From positions 372,001-436,000 of the forward strand of contig JAKMXF010000222.1 in assembly GCA_024704765.1 (NCBI GenBank): a DNA stretch of 64,000 nucleotides. Reading direction: 5' to 3'. Both the position numbers and the translations under genes were made by a program. A model generated the notes under the pieces. That model made no database searches, was not told the origin of the DNA, and was given only the letters and a program-made list of their open reading frames with translations. Every line of letters starts with the position of its first letter. The first letter of the stretch is position 1. Source of the DNA: Oopsacas minuta. Lineage: Eukaryota; Animalia; Porifera. Shown here piece after piece: positions 12,063-24,799 of this stretch.

Positions 12063-14630
12063 ATGGTTGAAACAATAGAATTAATTTCAGGACAAAACTA
12101 CGATCAGAATACAACATACAGCAGACACTCTTCACGAAATGAAACAGACGTAGCTTATCGTGAAATAGACGGGCTTAACTATAGGATAGGCCGAGAAGAG
12201 GGTAGTCAATCTAACATAATGGTAGTACCCGAATTAGAAGAAGCTCTGCTGACGAATAACATGACTCTATTGAAACGATTAATGCAAGAGGGAGCACCTT
12301 ATCTCTACGAAGCTTACAACAATAATAAACCACTAGAAATGAGTGCTTTCTACTGTCGTTCTGATATCATTAAAATAATACTAGATCGAGATCAAACTGA
12401 GGGCTCGAATGATGAAAAACAAATATTCAATGATCATACAGGTCTCGCATTGTATCGTGCCTGTATTTCTAATTCTAAAGAAACTGCTAAGATGTTGATA
12501 AGTGCAGGTGCCCCTATAATTCCCACAGTACATCCTCATGTAGCAGCACAACACGGCAGTTGGAGTGTACTAGATGTAATATTACGTCACAACAAGCTGA
12601 ATATAAATGAAATAGACCAGTACTACTTAACACCGTTACATTACGCAGCAAAACGGGGGTACGCCCCTACAGTTGGGTACCTGCTTGCCCAGGGGGCTGA
12701 TCCAAATATACAGTCTGATATTGGTAAATCTGCTTTACATTTAGCTTGTGAGTCCGCGGGGCAAGATGTAATCTATTTGTTAGTAACAAATAATGCTGAT
12801 ATAGATTTGATTGATATACAAGGTTATACTGCATTGTTAATAGCCGCAGAAAATGGGAAAGACAACACTATCAGCATTCTAGCCAATGCAGGAGCTAATC
12901 TAGATGTACGAAATGAGCAAGGACGTTCTGCTCTAATTCTCGCGGCTATTAACGACCATGCTAATGTTATACATGAATTAATAACGAACGGAGCGTCCAT
13001 AGACATAACTGATAATGGAAGATACAATGCGTTAGAGAGAGGATTAATGAATAGAAAAGATTCTGCTACTTCCATGTTGATAAGATTAACACCAGAAACA
13101 GATTTCCTACTGTATTACACTGAAGATATTGAAATAAACGTTAATAAGCTAATAAAATTCGGTATGGAGAAGTCAATACAAGCCTTGCTAGATCGTATGG
13201 TGATAATTGATGATAAATATCATTGTATTATCATGACAAAATACCTAGACGTAGATGTACACAATAAAACGCCAGCTGATTGTGGGTATAAGAAGAATAG
13301 TTTATATTTGTTGCAACGTATAGCAGAGCTGGCTAGTGAACAAGTAGCTTATCACGGAGTTATAAGGTTATTGGTAGATCACAAGATGAGAAGATTCGGA
13401 TACTACATTCTATTGATAAAACTTGTGTCGTATTTGCTATTCCTTTTAGCATTGAGTTTCTCGTTAATTCACGCAGCTCATGAAACAAATCCTATGGAAA
13501 CATATTGGAAAGATTTTGGGCATTTAAGGATAATTTCTGAGACATTTGTATTGCTGTATTTCCTAGTTAACATACTGACAGAGCTAGCTGAATTCACACG
13601 AATAGTAATATCAACATTTAGACGTTTAAAAGATAAACGTATCAATACACAGACGGAAATAGCTAGAGAATTAGCTGTAAGTCAAATGTACTATACAGAA
13701 GGAATAGTACACCAAAGAGATAATATAAATTCTCGTTTCGTTAGTTCAGTAGCTAACTGCTTTCTTGTTAGAGTAATCCGCGATTATTTGAAAGAAAGGT
13801 CGAATTATTTAGATCTTCTCAGTCTATTTTCACTTGCAATACTGATTCCATTACGCACCACAAGTCAACCTGTTCAATGGGTATTTGCAACATGTACTTT
13901 CCTATTCAATTCTCTACGTCTATTCAACTATATCAGTATAATTCCAATCATTGGTCCATACTCAAATATTTTCTACAAAATTATCACTAAAGATGTGCCA
14001 AAATTCGCGTTCATGTTTCTTATAATATTATTCATATACACTGGTAGTTTCTACATAGCATTACGCAGCCCATTCACTCTACAAGGCCTGCTTAACAAAT
14101 CCTATTCTGAAAGAACATCTACAGAAAAAAGCTTTAATGATGACGTCATTTGGATATTATATTCCGGGTTTCGAGTACTACCTGAGAGTAATGTACTAGA
14201 ACAGAATTATCTATACAATAATCTTAATTGGCTTGCTGCGGGAATTTACGTCACATTTCTATTCCTAACTGTTGTAGTGTTTCTTAATGTGTTCATCGCA
14301 CAACTTTCTGACCGATACGCTAAAGTTAGACAAAATGCAGAGAGGACATTCGCCTGGCATAGACTCAATTTTATTGTACAAATACAAAAGAGTTCTCTCC
14401 TTTCACTTTGTATTGATTTTAGGAAAAAACTCTTTATCGAGGGAATTTCAATAAACAGTGATAAATTTATGGAATATTTCGGAGCAAATATGATGAGGTA
14501 TCATGCTATAGCGTTAGAACAAGATATTGATGAGAAAGGATTGTTAGGACAGATCAAACATCATGTTAGATTAGCTACAAAGACACGAGATCTCTCACAA
14601 ACTATGCAACTGATGAAGAAACATGATTGA
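12063..14630 (+). CDS. Ankyrin-repeat TRP cation channel (TRPA/TRPV-like)
   Basis: Ankyrin repeats (TPLHYAAKRG, SALHLAC, TALLIAAENG), six hydrophobic segments, and the S6/TRP-type FLNVFIAQLSDRYAKV...W motif; single exon. Confidence 0.85.
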   Translation: MVETIELISGQNYDQNTTYSRHSSRNETDVAYREIDGLNYRIGREEGSQSNIMVVPELEEALLTNNMTLLKRLMQEGAPYLYEAYNNNKPLEMSAFYCRSDIIKIILDRDQTEGSNDEKQIFNDHTGLALYRACISNSKETAKMLISAGAPIIPTVHPHVAAQHGSWSVLDVILRHNKLNINEIDQYYLTPLHYAAKRGYAPTVGYLLAQGADPNIQSDIGKSALHLACESAGQDVIYLLVTNNADIDLIDIQGYTALLIAAENGKDNTISILANAGANLDVRNEQGRSALILAAINDHANVIHELITNGASIDITDNGRYNALERGLMNRKDSATSMLIRLTPETDFLLYYTEDIEINVNKLIKFGMEKSIQALLDRMVIIDDKYHCIIMTKYLDVDVHNKTPADCGYKKNSLYLLQRIAELASEQVAYHGVIRLLVDHKMRRFGYYILLIKLVSYLLFLLALSFSLIHAAHETNPMETYWKDFGHLRIISETFVLLYFLVNILTELAEFTRIVISTFRRLKDKRINTQTEIARELAVSQMYYTEGIVHQRDNINSRFVSSVANCFLVRVIRDYLKERSNYLDLLSLFSLAILIPLRTTSQPVQWVFATCTFLFNSLRLFNYISIIPIIGPYSNIFYKIITKDVPKFAFMFLIILFIYTGSFYIALRSPFTLQGLLNKSYSERTSTEKSFNDDVIWILYSGFRVLPESNVLEQNYLYNNLNWLAAGIYVTFLFLTVVVFLNVFIAQLSDRYAKVRQNAERTFAWHRLNFIVQIQKSSLLSLCIDFRKKLFIEGISINSDKFMEYFGANMMRYHAIALEQDIDEKGLLGQIKHHVRLATKTRDLSQTMQLMKKHD

Positions 14631-14942
14631 GTACGAGAGCTTGACTAGTCAATAATATCCATCATGGATGCTCAATAATAATGAATACCTGCTCAATTGA
14701 ATGTGATAAATATATTTCATCGTGATTTCGTCTAATACATAGCAAACACATAAATTCCTGGGATTATATTTGCTAATTTCCGGGAGTTTTAGCTACATAA
14801 ATAGTAATATCAGGTTAATAATATTTAGAGAAAAAGGACAAAATATTTCCAACATTTCATTGGATTTCTTATAAACCCGGAATTATCCAGGAATTCCGGT
14901 AGGGTGTCAAGTATGTGATGTATCCCATACTATGTATCAATA

Positions 14943-15099
14943 CAGAGGAGTCTCCCAAAACGAATACTCCGAGAAGCGGACAATCCTCCTGGAACGGAAT
15001 GAATTAGCAATCATATATGTAATACTTTAGCAGTCTCCGGGAAGCGGACAACTCCCCAAGAGATGTCCCCAACGTGTCCGTAATTCGGTGACTCTACTG
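14943..15099. mobile_element. Tc1/pogo-type MITE
   Basis: TA|CAGAGGAGTCTCC ... GGTGACTCTACTG|TA: imperfect TIR with TA on both sides. Confidence 0.6.
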
Positions 15100-15246
15100 T
15101 AGTAGGCATAGAACTCAAGAATTTAGTTTGAATTCATGCAAATCAACCCTGTGAATATTGAAAGTGATTTATAGATTGAATTTTTTGATTCTACTACGGA
15201 AATATATTATCGAACTTCTAATAACAATAATAATAATAATCTAATT

Positions 15247-17211
15247 CTAGTTTTTAGCATCTTTAGCTTCTCCCTCTGTTGTAGTATCATCTTGAGTTGA
15301 GCTATCACTCCCTGTTGATTTATCTGATGCAGAATCTTGACCTTGAGCTTGATTCATCTTCTTATAAGCTAATTCAAATAGTTTAAGTGATGCCTGTTTA
15401 AGTTCGTTAAGTGATTTATTTATATTTTCCGTATCTTCATTGTCATCTGATAGTTTCTCGCGCAATGTAGAGATATGTTCACGAATTTTAGAGACTTCAT
15501 CTTCAGGTAACTGACCTTTGAACTCTTCCAGATTCTTCTCAATATCTAGAATGGAAGATTCAGAGCTGTTAACTACCTCAACTCGATCGCGTTTTTTCTT
15601 ATCTTCACTTGACATCTTCTCTGCTTCCCTCACCATATTTTCGATATCAGTTTTGCTAAGACCTCCAGATGACTGTATTACAATCTCCTGCTGTTTACCA
15701 GTGCCCTTATCTTTAGCTGAAACATGCACAATGCCATTAGCATCAATATCGAAAGATACTTCAATCTGAGGGATACCACGTGGTGCGGGTGGAATGCCAA
15801 TCAATGTGAACCGTCCCATAATCTTATTATCACGTGCCATTTCTCTCTCTCCCTGACATATGACAATCTCTACCTGGGTTTGACCATCAGCAGCGGTAGA
15901 GAACACCTGTGATTTCTGTGTGGGTATAGTTGTATTACGTTGTATTAATCGTGTGAATACACCTCCTAACGTCTCAATGCCAAGAGATAGAGGGGTAACA
16001 TCCAAGAGAAGAATGTCCTTAACCGAGCCGGCTAGCACCCCCCCTTGTATCGCTGCTCCTAAAGCTACAGCTTCATCGGGATTCACTGACTGCACAGGCT
16101 GTTTGTTGAATATCTGCTTGACTACCTGTTGTACCTTTGGCATGCGTGTCATACCACCAACTAGGATAACCTCTTTAATCTCCTCCTTAGTAACACCTGC
16201 GTCTTTTAATGCCTTCATGCAAGGCTGTATGGTTTTATTGATCAGCTCTTCAGTTAATTGTTCTAGCTTAGAACGTGATAATGAAATATTCATGTGTTTA
16301 GGACCTGAAGCATCCATTGTTATATATGGTAAATTAATATCGGTTTGTACTGTTGATGAAAGCTCAACTTTAGACTTCTCAGCTGCTTCTCTGAGCCTTT
16401 GTAGAGCCATCACGTCTTTTCTGAGATCGATGCCATTATCCTTCTTGAATTCTGAGATTAAAAACGCTAAAACTTTATTATCAAAATCTTCCCCTCCTAA
16501 AGCTGTATCTCCATTAGTGGATTTAACTTCGAAGACAGATCGTTGTATATCTAAAATTGAAATATCAAATGTTCCTCCACCTAGGTCGAATACAGCCACG
16601 AGTTTATCCTCCTGTTTATCAAGTCCGTATGCCAGGGCAGCAGCAGTAGGCTCATTGATAACACGTAGTACATTCAGGCCCGCAATCTGTCCAGCGTCTT
16701 TTGTGGCCTGTCTCTGTGAATCGTTAAAATAAGCAGGCACCGTTATGACAGCGGTGTCAGCAGCACCGCCCAGATAAGACTTAGCAGAATCTGCGAGTTT
16801 TTGTAAAATAAAAGCTCCAACCTGTGAAGGTGAATATCTAGTGCCTGATATTTCAACCCAAGCATCGCCATTATTAGCCTTAACAATTGTATAAGGTACA
16901 TGTTTACTCAGATTTTGTACTGATTCATCGTTAAAACTTCTTCCAATCAATCTTTTAGCTGCATATACTGTGTTTACAGGATTTGTAACACTCTGTCGCT
17001 TGGCCGGGTGTCCAACTAGCCGCTCTCCTTCTTTTGTAAATGCGACAACAGAGGGTGTTGTTCTCGTGCCTTCTGCGTTCTCTAATATCTTAGGCTGACT
17101 ACCTTCTATAATAGCGACAGCAGAATTGGTAGTACCTAGATCTATACCTAGGACGGGACGACCATTAGAGAATTGACGGAGATGTCTTGTAATAATTCTT
17201 TGTAAAAACAT
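15247..17211 (-). CDS. HSPA9: Mitochondrial HSP70 (mortalin)
   Basis: Arg-rich presequence, [29 protein letters not shown] and the mitochondrial-type GDAWV and YSPSQVGAF motifs; no EEVD terminus. Confidence 0.95.
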   Translation of the reverse strand: MFLQRIITRHLRQFSNGRPVLGIDLGTTNSAVAIIEGSQPKILENAEGTRTTPSVVAFTKEGERLVGHPAKRQSVTNPVNTVYAAKRLIGRSFNDESVQNLSKHVPYTIVKANNGDAWVEISGTRYSPSQVGAFILQKLADSAKSYLGGAADTAVITVPAYFNDSQRQATKDAGQIAGLNVLRVINEPTAAALAYGLDKQEDKLVAVFDLGGGTFDISILDIQRSVFEVKSTNGDTALGGEDFDNKVLAFLISEFKKDNGIDLRKDVMALQRLREAAEKSKVELSSTVQTDINLPYITMDASGPKHMNISLSRSKLEQLTEELINKTIQPCMKALKDAGVTKEEIKEVILVGGMTRMPKVQQVVKQIFNKQPVQSVNPDEAVALGAAIQGGVLAGSVKDILLLDVTPLSLGIETLGGVFTRLIQRNTTIPTQKSQVFSTAADGQTQVEIVICQGEREMARDNKIMGRFTLIGIPPAPRGIPQIEVSFDIDANGIVHVSAKDKGTGKQQEIVIQSSGGLSKTDIENMVREAEKMSSEDKKKRDRVEVVNSSESSILDIEKNLEEFKGQLPEDEVSKIREHISTLREKLSDDNEDTENINKSLNELKQASLKLFELAYKKMNQAQGQDSASDKSTGSDSSTQDDTTTEGEAKDAKN

Positions 17212-18262
17212 CGATTTCTATATGACTGAATTGATTTCTAATTGTGTAATACTATACTAGTCATGCATTAGTGTTGTCATAACAACTCAAGATATATGTA
17301 TGTTTGTGGTTGTAGTATATTAGTAAAATGCGATTTGAATGATACTTTACTTCGAATTTGTTTGGCGAAATTCAATTGATAGTGTAAGTGAATGTAGATT
17401 TTTTGTATTTATAGTAAAACTGCACAGCCAGTTTCAGGTTAATTGATTGCATCATTGTGCCGAGATCAAAATTTATACCTACTGTGCACGGAATATACGA
17501 AGATCGAAGATGCATGGCCGTTATGCATGTGCGGCGGATCTTCATTCAATATCCGAATCAAGAAATCTGCAATTGATAACATGTATATGCGAATTTCTTG
17601 ATTCAGAAGTAATGTTAAATTATTAATTTGAATTTCAGTAGAAACTTGTATACATGTCGTTGCTGAATTATATTTAATATATAATGTTGACATATGAAAG
17701 TATACGTACTGACTGATCTTTACAATTGTGAGAAGAAGATTCAATAACTTGGTGCCACAATAAGTATTGGAATAGTGAAAATTATTACTTCATTAAATCA
17801 AAATATTATTAGATTACATTCTATTAAGAAATCTATAAAATAACTCAGTCTTAGAAGACTAAGTTCCTACTATATCAAAAGAAAAACGATAAAAATACTA
17901 AAAATGGAAAATAAGACGGTAAAAGAGATATAATAAATACTAAGTAGAAAGATATGGGAGTTATTTTATGATGTATCTGGGTTGTACAAGAGATTTGTTC
18001 GTATTAGCATCTCCGTCTGTATTATACTCATTCCTCATTGCTATTACATCTGTAGAAGAGAACTTTTTCGTATCACCTATACGATAAACAAAACTTAAGA
18101 GAATGCCTGTACAAACTGAAAATTCGGATTTATACATGTTGAACTTCGTTTGTGCGAACACGGTTAATATAAATTTCCGGATGAGGCGACAAATATTTAC
18201 AGAGATCAGTTTCCTACAATAGTTATTCAATTGGCATTACTCTGTTTAATACGAACTCCGGA

Positions 18263-21156
18263 TTAAGCCAACACATTTCCAACGTCCGTTGGTATTAGTG
18301 TTAATGAAGAGGTTCCATTGTCCTGCGTAACATTTTGCAATTTATTTTCCCACTGATTTCGTAATTCTACATTATTTTCCCTGATTTCCAAGGCCAAATC
18401 CTGAACTTGGTCAGCTGTACATATAATTACATTAAGAATGAATTCTACCTTATTCTAACCTGCAAATATAGGCTTAATACCTAGATCTTCACTCTTCTTC
18501 CTAGCAGGTGGAGGCAGCTGAGAGGGAGATAGCATTACACCACTAGGCTCCATTTGTTTCATTTTAACCTCAAATCTTTCTCGTAGTGATTTAAAACTGA
18601 ATTCCTCAGGCTGTGATAACTCTATCAATACAGGGCGGGCATATGCAGGTTTTGCCTCAGACTTTTTCCTCTCAATAGCAGCTCTTGCAATTGTAAGTTT
18701 ATCAACTTTATGATCATCTATGGGGCTTTTCGACATGAGGAAACGTATTCTATCAGACACACTAGCGGTCTGTCCTGATGGGAGCGAATATCCAGTGTAT
18801 TTGTGCTTATTTATAGGAGATAGGGACATTGAGTGAGTACTAGTGACGTCAGAATAATCTGTTGGTTGAGTGTCTAGTATATTTGAACGTGTAGGTAGTA
18901 AAGGAGATGTGGTGAGGTCATCTAGAGTGGTGGAATGGCTTAGTGGGTGGTGAGATACAGCGACGTCACCATCATCACAACTTTGCACGTGTCTATGATT
19001 TGGATTAGGCTTTGAATCAAAATTGAGAACTATTTGTAAGGATGATTTGACTGATTTCATTTCAACTGCCAAATCACTTTCTTTTGAAGTGAGAAAAGGT
19101 GACAACGCATTTTCCTCATTGAAATTCGGAATAAGAATATCTTCAGTAGTCTCAAGAGATGACGTCACATTAAATTCAGAATCTTGACTAATTTCTGTAT
19201 TTTGAGGTGTAACAGTAGATTCTGATGTCATATTAGTATGTGTGTGTACAGGCAATAGTGATGGCGGGCAGATATTCCTATGCTTAACATCTGGACTAAG
19301 ATTCCCCATAACTCTTGTAATCTTACCGTCTATACTACTTAGCTGTTTAGAGTTAATGTCAATGTATGGTGGTCTTTCGAGCTTAGGAATTGGATCAGCT
19401 GTTTCATTGCACTGGATAGATGACGTCATCTCTGCTACAGTTTTATTAACTTCTTCAAGTAGGATGTCAGTGCTATTGTTTAGAGATCCAGGCCCCCTCA
19501 CTGTGGAATCAGAATCAGATTCCTCCTCTCTGGGCACGAGGGTGTAATGCGAGGGTAACACAGGTCGCTTCGGAGGTGCAAGGTTTGTTAATAACTCATC
19601 CAAGCTGATTACATCATCTCCGTGCTCAGAAGGTCGACAGTTGTCTACAGTGAAGTCATGTTGCTTCACATCGAGTGAATAGGAAGTTGTTATTTTAGGA
19701 GTTTGCTGTTTGTCTTCATTTATTTTGGGTTCCATTAAAGTTTCCACTACCAACTTTTTCGTAGGTTTAGAGTCAAATTGATTGCTATCATCAATCGCAG
19801 AAAACGAAGATAAATTAGTCATTAGAGAAGATAGGTTAGAAGAAATAGTTCGTATTTCTAACAGAGACTGTGAATGTGTTCTCTCGACTAGTTCAGATGG
19901 AGGAGTACCAGTAGAAGTGATTGGGTTGTCAGTTTGAGCCTGAGGCTCAAATCTCTTTACGATACTAGCTATTTTAGAATTTCTATTAGCATAAATAGGA
20001 GAGCGTGTTAACTGCTTGGAGTATACCGTAGTATCATCTAATTCTTGGTCAGATGCATAGTCAGATGTCGAATAGTTTGATGTGGCGTCACTAGGTCTGT
20101 GGAATATACGAGGGGCTTGTGAAGGACTGAAGAGGGTAGGTATGGTGCATTTTCTAGGTTTATCTGGTTTCTTGGAGAACAGCTGTTTAATGTATTCGAA
20201 TTTACTGCGTTTAACACTATACATAAGTCACAAATAATATAGTGTTAGGGACAGTGTTTATTTCCGAAAATGCTACTTCATTTCTCCGTTGTGGAGGTTA
20301 TTTGTATAGGGATAGTATTCGGCCTATTTAATTTTCAATCCATTTTCAGAAGTTCCCGCTACGATCTCCACAAGGCCCGTTTATGGAAGGAGGTTTCACT
20401 GGACTAATAATAATTCATTTTAATATTATCAAAAGTTTTAAGAATGAATATGAATATGAATATGAATATGAATATGGTTGAATAAGCCATTGAATCATTT
20501 AAATATTGCTATTCAAGTTTAGAAACAGTTAACAAGCAGCAAGCAGGGTAAATATCATCATTTTGAATAGATCATTGAAAAAAGGCTAAGAAATATTAAT
20601 TATTAAAAATTTCAAACACTAAACGAGGGATTACTCTTTGGATAAAATGGATTTTGAACAGAAGCTTTAGGATATTTCAGTTTGAACAAGATGGGATGAA
20701 ATGTATTTGAAATATCGGCATTTGAATTTGAGTACTTCATTGAGTAAATATGAAATGGCCAACTAATTGGTTTACGTACTTACTTAACAAATGGCTAATT
20801 AATAATATATTAACTTACTTGGTATGTGTATCACCTGTTTCAAAACTACCTTGAGTAAGAACATGCTCATTATTTTGCTCGTATCTCTGTACTTCTTCCA
20901 GTATATTATCAGAACTATGTGATCTCCTAGGTTTAGCTTCAGGTCTATCAGCTGTGAGTGCTTTAACCTCGCTAAATCTTCTAGCCTTGAAACTGTGAGA
21001 TCCCCCTGACCTTCCTCTCTGACCTAGATCTCCTTCAGGAGCGAATACAGCACGAGATTTTAAGAAACTTCTGTAATTTTCAGCTGCTGATTTAGCCAAC
21101 TGTTTCGTATCACTTTCATCATTAATTTTTGTTTCAATTCGTATTAATTCAACCAT
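18263..21156 (-). CDS. Three-exon, 748-aa Ser/Thr/Pro-rich low-complexity protein of unknown function (exons 20819-21156, 18460-20216, 18263-18414)
   Basis: Splice sites are phase-consistent: AA|GTAAGT...TATAG|T (phase 2) and G|GTTAGA...TACAG|CT (phase 1, 45-nt intron). Exon lengths sum to 2247 nt with no internal stop. Confidence 0.65.
20446..20476. repeat. (GAATAT)5 microsatellite
   Basis: Direct reading, within intron 1 of the orphan gene. Confidence 0.9.
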
Positions 21157-21178
21157 TCGCAATTCTAAATTACAAATA

Positions 21179-21575
21179 CAGTCAAACCTGCTTAATGGCC
21201 ACCTCTGTATAACGGCCACCTAATAACAGTTCCCTCCGATTTCCATTATACTGACCTCTGTATAGCGGCCACCATTTTGGGCCCTTATTGGCGCTAAACC
21301 TGTCTCTAGCGGCCACTTTATATAGTGGTCGCCTCCCATTAGGTCAACCTTTGACAAGTCCATTGGGTAGCGATCATTAACTACTCCCACTATATATTAT
21401 CTCTTATATCGGTCACTTGTCTTAAAGGCCAACTACTCTATGTAACCACTATTTAACATAAATTACTATCAAACTAGTGTATAACGGTCAACCTCTCTAT
21501 AGCGGCCACCTCACCTGTATATAACGATCACTTTTGGCTAGTCCATTCGGTGGCTGTTATAGACAAGTTTGACTG
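21179..21575. mobile_element. Tc1/pogo-type MITE, 397 bp
   Basis: TA|CAGTCAAACCTG ... CAAGTTTGACTG|TA, with repeated internal TAT(A)GCGGCCAC-like motifs. Confidence 0.85.
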
Positions 21576-21706
21576 TATATTACTAACAATTAACGTCTAA
21601 GGTATACGAGAATTGGAATAAATAGATGTCAAGAGTGTAAGTAAAATAAGAAGTTATTCGTAGAAATGATAAATATAAATAAATAAAAATATGAAAGTGA
21701 ATTTGC

Positions 21707-22786
21707 CTATTTTGAAGGATCTATCAGAATCTTCATTGCTTTTCCGCTACAAAGTAGGTCATAAGCTTCTTGGAATTTTGTAAGGGGGATTTTGTGGGTA
21801 ACTAACAACTCTGATCTCACTTTCTTCTCTGCGACAGCTCGTTCTGATTCCTTCCAAGTATGGAATATCTTACGTCCGTATACAGATTTAACCGTAACAG
21901 CCTTAATTAAGAAATTTCTCATCGGGTCTTTGATAACGATATCAGCTTTTGGTAGTCCAATAACTACAATCTTCCCTCCTCTCCTTAGAAGATTAAATGC
22001 TCCAGTTAGCATTGAAGATACTCCACTCGCTTCAACAATAACTCCAACACCATTACCCTCAGTAATCTTATCAATTTCAGATTTAAAATCTTCACTGCTA
22101 GAATTCAATAAATGGTCAGCTCCCATTTCCTTCGCCCGAGCTAACCTACATTCTTGTATATCAGTTGCAATCACTTCTTTTGCACCAAACAACTTAGCAA
22201 AGCTACAAGCCAACAGTCCTATCGGTCCACAACCAATTACCATGGTGATCTCTCCATCAGGTTGTATCGCCTCTACAGCGTGATGAGCTACACCTGTAGG
22301 TTCTAGCAGACACGCTTGTTCATCAGTGACGTCATGCTCTAATTTATAAGCATATTTTGCAGCTATAACAGAGTACTCAGAACATCCACCTTGTTCTGTA
22401 CCTCTACCGTGTCCATATTGACGCATATTCTGACAAATATGGAATTCACCACGATTACACTGGAAACATTCTCCGCAGTAGAAATGGTTTTCCACCGCCA
22501 CACGACAACCTATACTGAATTTAGCATCAACTTCCCTTCCCTTAGCTACAACCATGCCTACAGCCTCGTGACCAGTTATGAAAGGGATACAAGCCACCTT
22601 CTTTGCAGTCTCATTCCAATGGTATAGACTGATATCTGATCCACACAAAGATGAGTATATTATACGTAACAACAGATCGTGGTCTCCTGGTTCTGGTAAG
22701 GGAACACATTTTAGTGTGAATCCTACTTCTGGACTCTCTTTGATTAGAGCATTCATTTGGGAAGGCAGTACGATTGGTTCTTCCAT
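21707..22786 (-). CDS. Zn-dependent (MDR-family) L-threonine 3-dehydrogenase-like enzyme
   Basis: SLCGSD, GHEAVG, structural-Zn CGECFQCNRGEFHIC, GCGPIG Rossmann motif and VYGRKIFHTW; first ATG at 22786. Confidence 0.85.
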   Translation of the reverse strand: MEEPIVLPSQMNALIKESPEVGFTLKCVPLPEPGDHDLLLRIIYSSLCGSDISLYHWNETAKKVACIPFITGHEAVGMVVAKGREVDAKFSIGCRVAVENHFYCGECFQCNRGEFHICQNMRQYGHGRGTEQGGCSEYSVIAAKYAYKLEHDVTDEQACLLEPTGVAHHAVEAIQPDGEITMVIGCGPIGLLACSFAKLFGAKEVIATDIQECRLARAKEMGADHLLNSSSEDFKSEIDKITEGNGVGVIVEASGVSSMLTGAFNLLRRGGKIVVIGLPKADIVIKDPMRNFLIKAVTVKSVYGRKIFHTWKESERAVAEKKVRSELLVTHKIPLTKFQEAYDLLCSGKAMKILIDPSK

Positions 22787-23552
22787 AAAACTAATATAGC
22801 TCTGAGTAAACACTTCATGATACAGATAATACTGATGAAAAAAAGAATATCAAATTTGGTAAAGTGAATAACTAACCAAATTCTATGTGTTAATTCACTG
22901 TAAGTCATAACGACAAGAATTAGAAGTGATCTGGCATAGGATGATGATTCGCAACCTGGGGCGTGCGATCCCCAGAAGCAGAGCTACAAATGTGTTACAA
23001 GTAGCGACCCATGACTCATGACCCATTAATATAAATATCTGACCAATTATGTATCCAATATTAGAACATAGAAGCAATTATAACAGGGCTCTCAACTCAC
23101 ACGATCTGGTAACGAGTCTCACGATTTCGGGTATACAAATACTACAGAATCTCCAGTTGACTCTCACTTGACAGTCAGCAAGTGAAAGAAACCACTTATA
23201 AGAAATAATTAATTATCTCTTTTTAATCTACTTTATTATTGAATTAAAATATTGAAGGGTCCAATTTGCAGCTCTACTCAGAAGATTGCAACATTGTTAG
23301 TGGCAGTCCGCGGATTGAGCACGGGGTGCGGGTAAAAAAAGCCGTGGCCACTCGTATAGGATAATAGTAATACAACACAAATAGAATAAAGCTATAGGTG
23401 ATTGGAAAAAAAATATGAGAATTGCCAGAAGCGAAAACGAAGAAAGTTTAGTGTGTACAGTATATAATATAAAGGGTATGAAGATACTAATAAAAAGTTA
23501 AGAGTATTAGATTTAGAATATGTGGGAAATAGAGTAGAGAACTTGATTGAGA

Positions 23553-24799
23553 TTAGAATATCTGTACACAATGGTTAGGATTTGAAGATGTAACTATAAT
23601 TCTTCCTTCAGGGCAGATTGTAATGCCTGCGGGTTTGATAAAATTTCCTCTCTCTACTTCTTTTTTGCCAAATTTGTAGGCAAATTCTCCTTCATAAGAA
23701 TACACACAAATACAGTGAGAATTGTAATCACTAATCAGAAAATTGAAATCTTCATCAAGAACGAATTGAGAAGGATATTGAACCAACCTATAGTCTTCAC
23801 CACGTGGAATAATTTCTCTAATCAGCTGGTGAGAATATGTGAATATAGAGACACAAGGATTACTGTTAGACAATACAAAAACCTCTTTAGATGTTAGTTT
23901 TACATCTTTAGCACCAAAAATATTGTCAATAAACGAGTGGAATGTGAGATCCGAATTCAAACAATGAATTCTGTCATTTCCCTTTTCAGCAATATATATT
24001 CTATTCATTTCTGTTGAACAATCAATTCCTCTTGGTTCATTAAATTCCAATTCATTCTTCCCTTTCCCTCCAACAGATTGTAGATATTTCCCTTCAGTAG
24101 AATAAACAGTGAGAATATTTGAACCATCCTGAGTGACATAGACTTGGTTCTGATTGATACAAATTCCATTTGGAAAATTCATCTGCTCTCTGAATTGAAA
24201 TACAAACTCAAAATATTTGTTAAAAACTTGTACACGTTTGTTGTTAACATCACAAATATACATAAAATTATTCAATGGATTAAGTGCAATAGCCCTAGGA
24301 TAACAAAATACACCAGGAGAAGATTCAGGTGTATTCCTATGTTTCCCAAATGTTGCTACAGGTTCCCCTAGCTTCTTGTAGTCTCGTCTCTGTTTCATAG
24401 CATTCAGATGTATGTCACCTGTTACACTCAGCTTCTTCTCTAACTCAACATCCCACTCCAATACTACATTCTTGTAGCTGTGTTTAGCTGTTAGGACTCT
24501 GTTTTCTAATTCTTTGATACGTGCATCAAACATAGCCAAGTTCTGATCAAGAAATTCCTTGTTTTCATTCCCTTCAGAGTATCTTTCAGTCCATCTTTAG
24601 ATATTGATAACTGTTGGATTTGTTGAGTGATACCAACTCCCATGTACTCATCTTCTAATTTCTGTAATTTATCTAAGAGGGCAGCTTCTCTCTCCTGTAA
24701 CACCTCGTGAGTTCTCTTGAATTTATTCCGTATTTCACTACTTACACTCTTTGTATGTGAGAGGAAATTATCTTCTATAATAGCCTCAATACTAGCCAT
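23553..24799 (-). pseudogene. Coiled-coil + NHL-repeat protein with a 1-nt frameshift near 24570
   Basis: ORF 24506-24799 (coiled coil) joins 23553-24539 (NHL repeats PRAIA..YICD..NKRVQVF) if one base is added at AAGGGAATG, giving LKGNENKEFLDQNLAMF. Confidence 0.7.

Noticed and set aside
15518-16732. Long plus-strand ORFs opposite HSP70 (including 270 aa)
   Set aside because: Antisense shadow ORFs are common opposite conserved HSP70 genes; no domain features.
17961-18230. 89-aa minus-strand ORF as a further exon of the orphan gene
   Set aside because: The spliced model already stops at 18263; there is no supporting motif.
21157-21219. MITE-derived N-terminus of ORF 20815-21219 as exonisation
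   Set aside because: An internal ATG (21156) preceded by a TTTAG acceptor-like site is more parsimonious; there is no transcript evidence.
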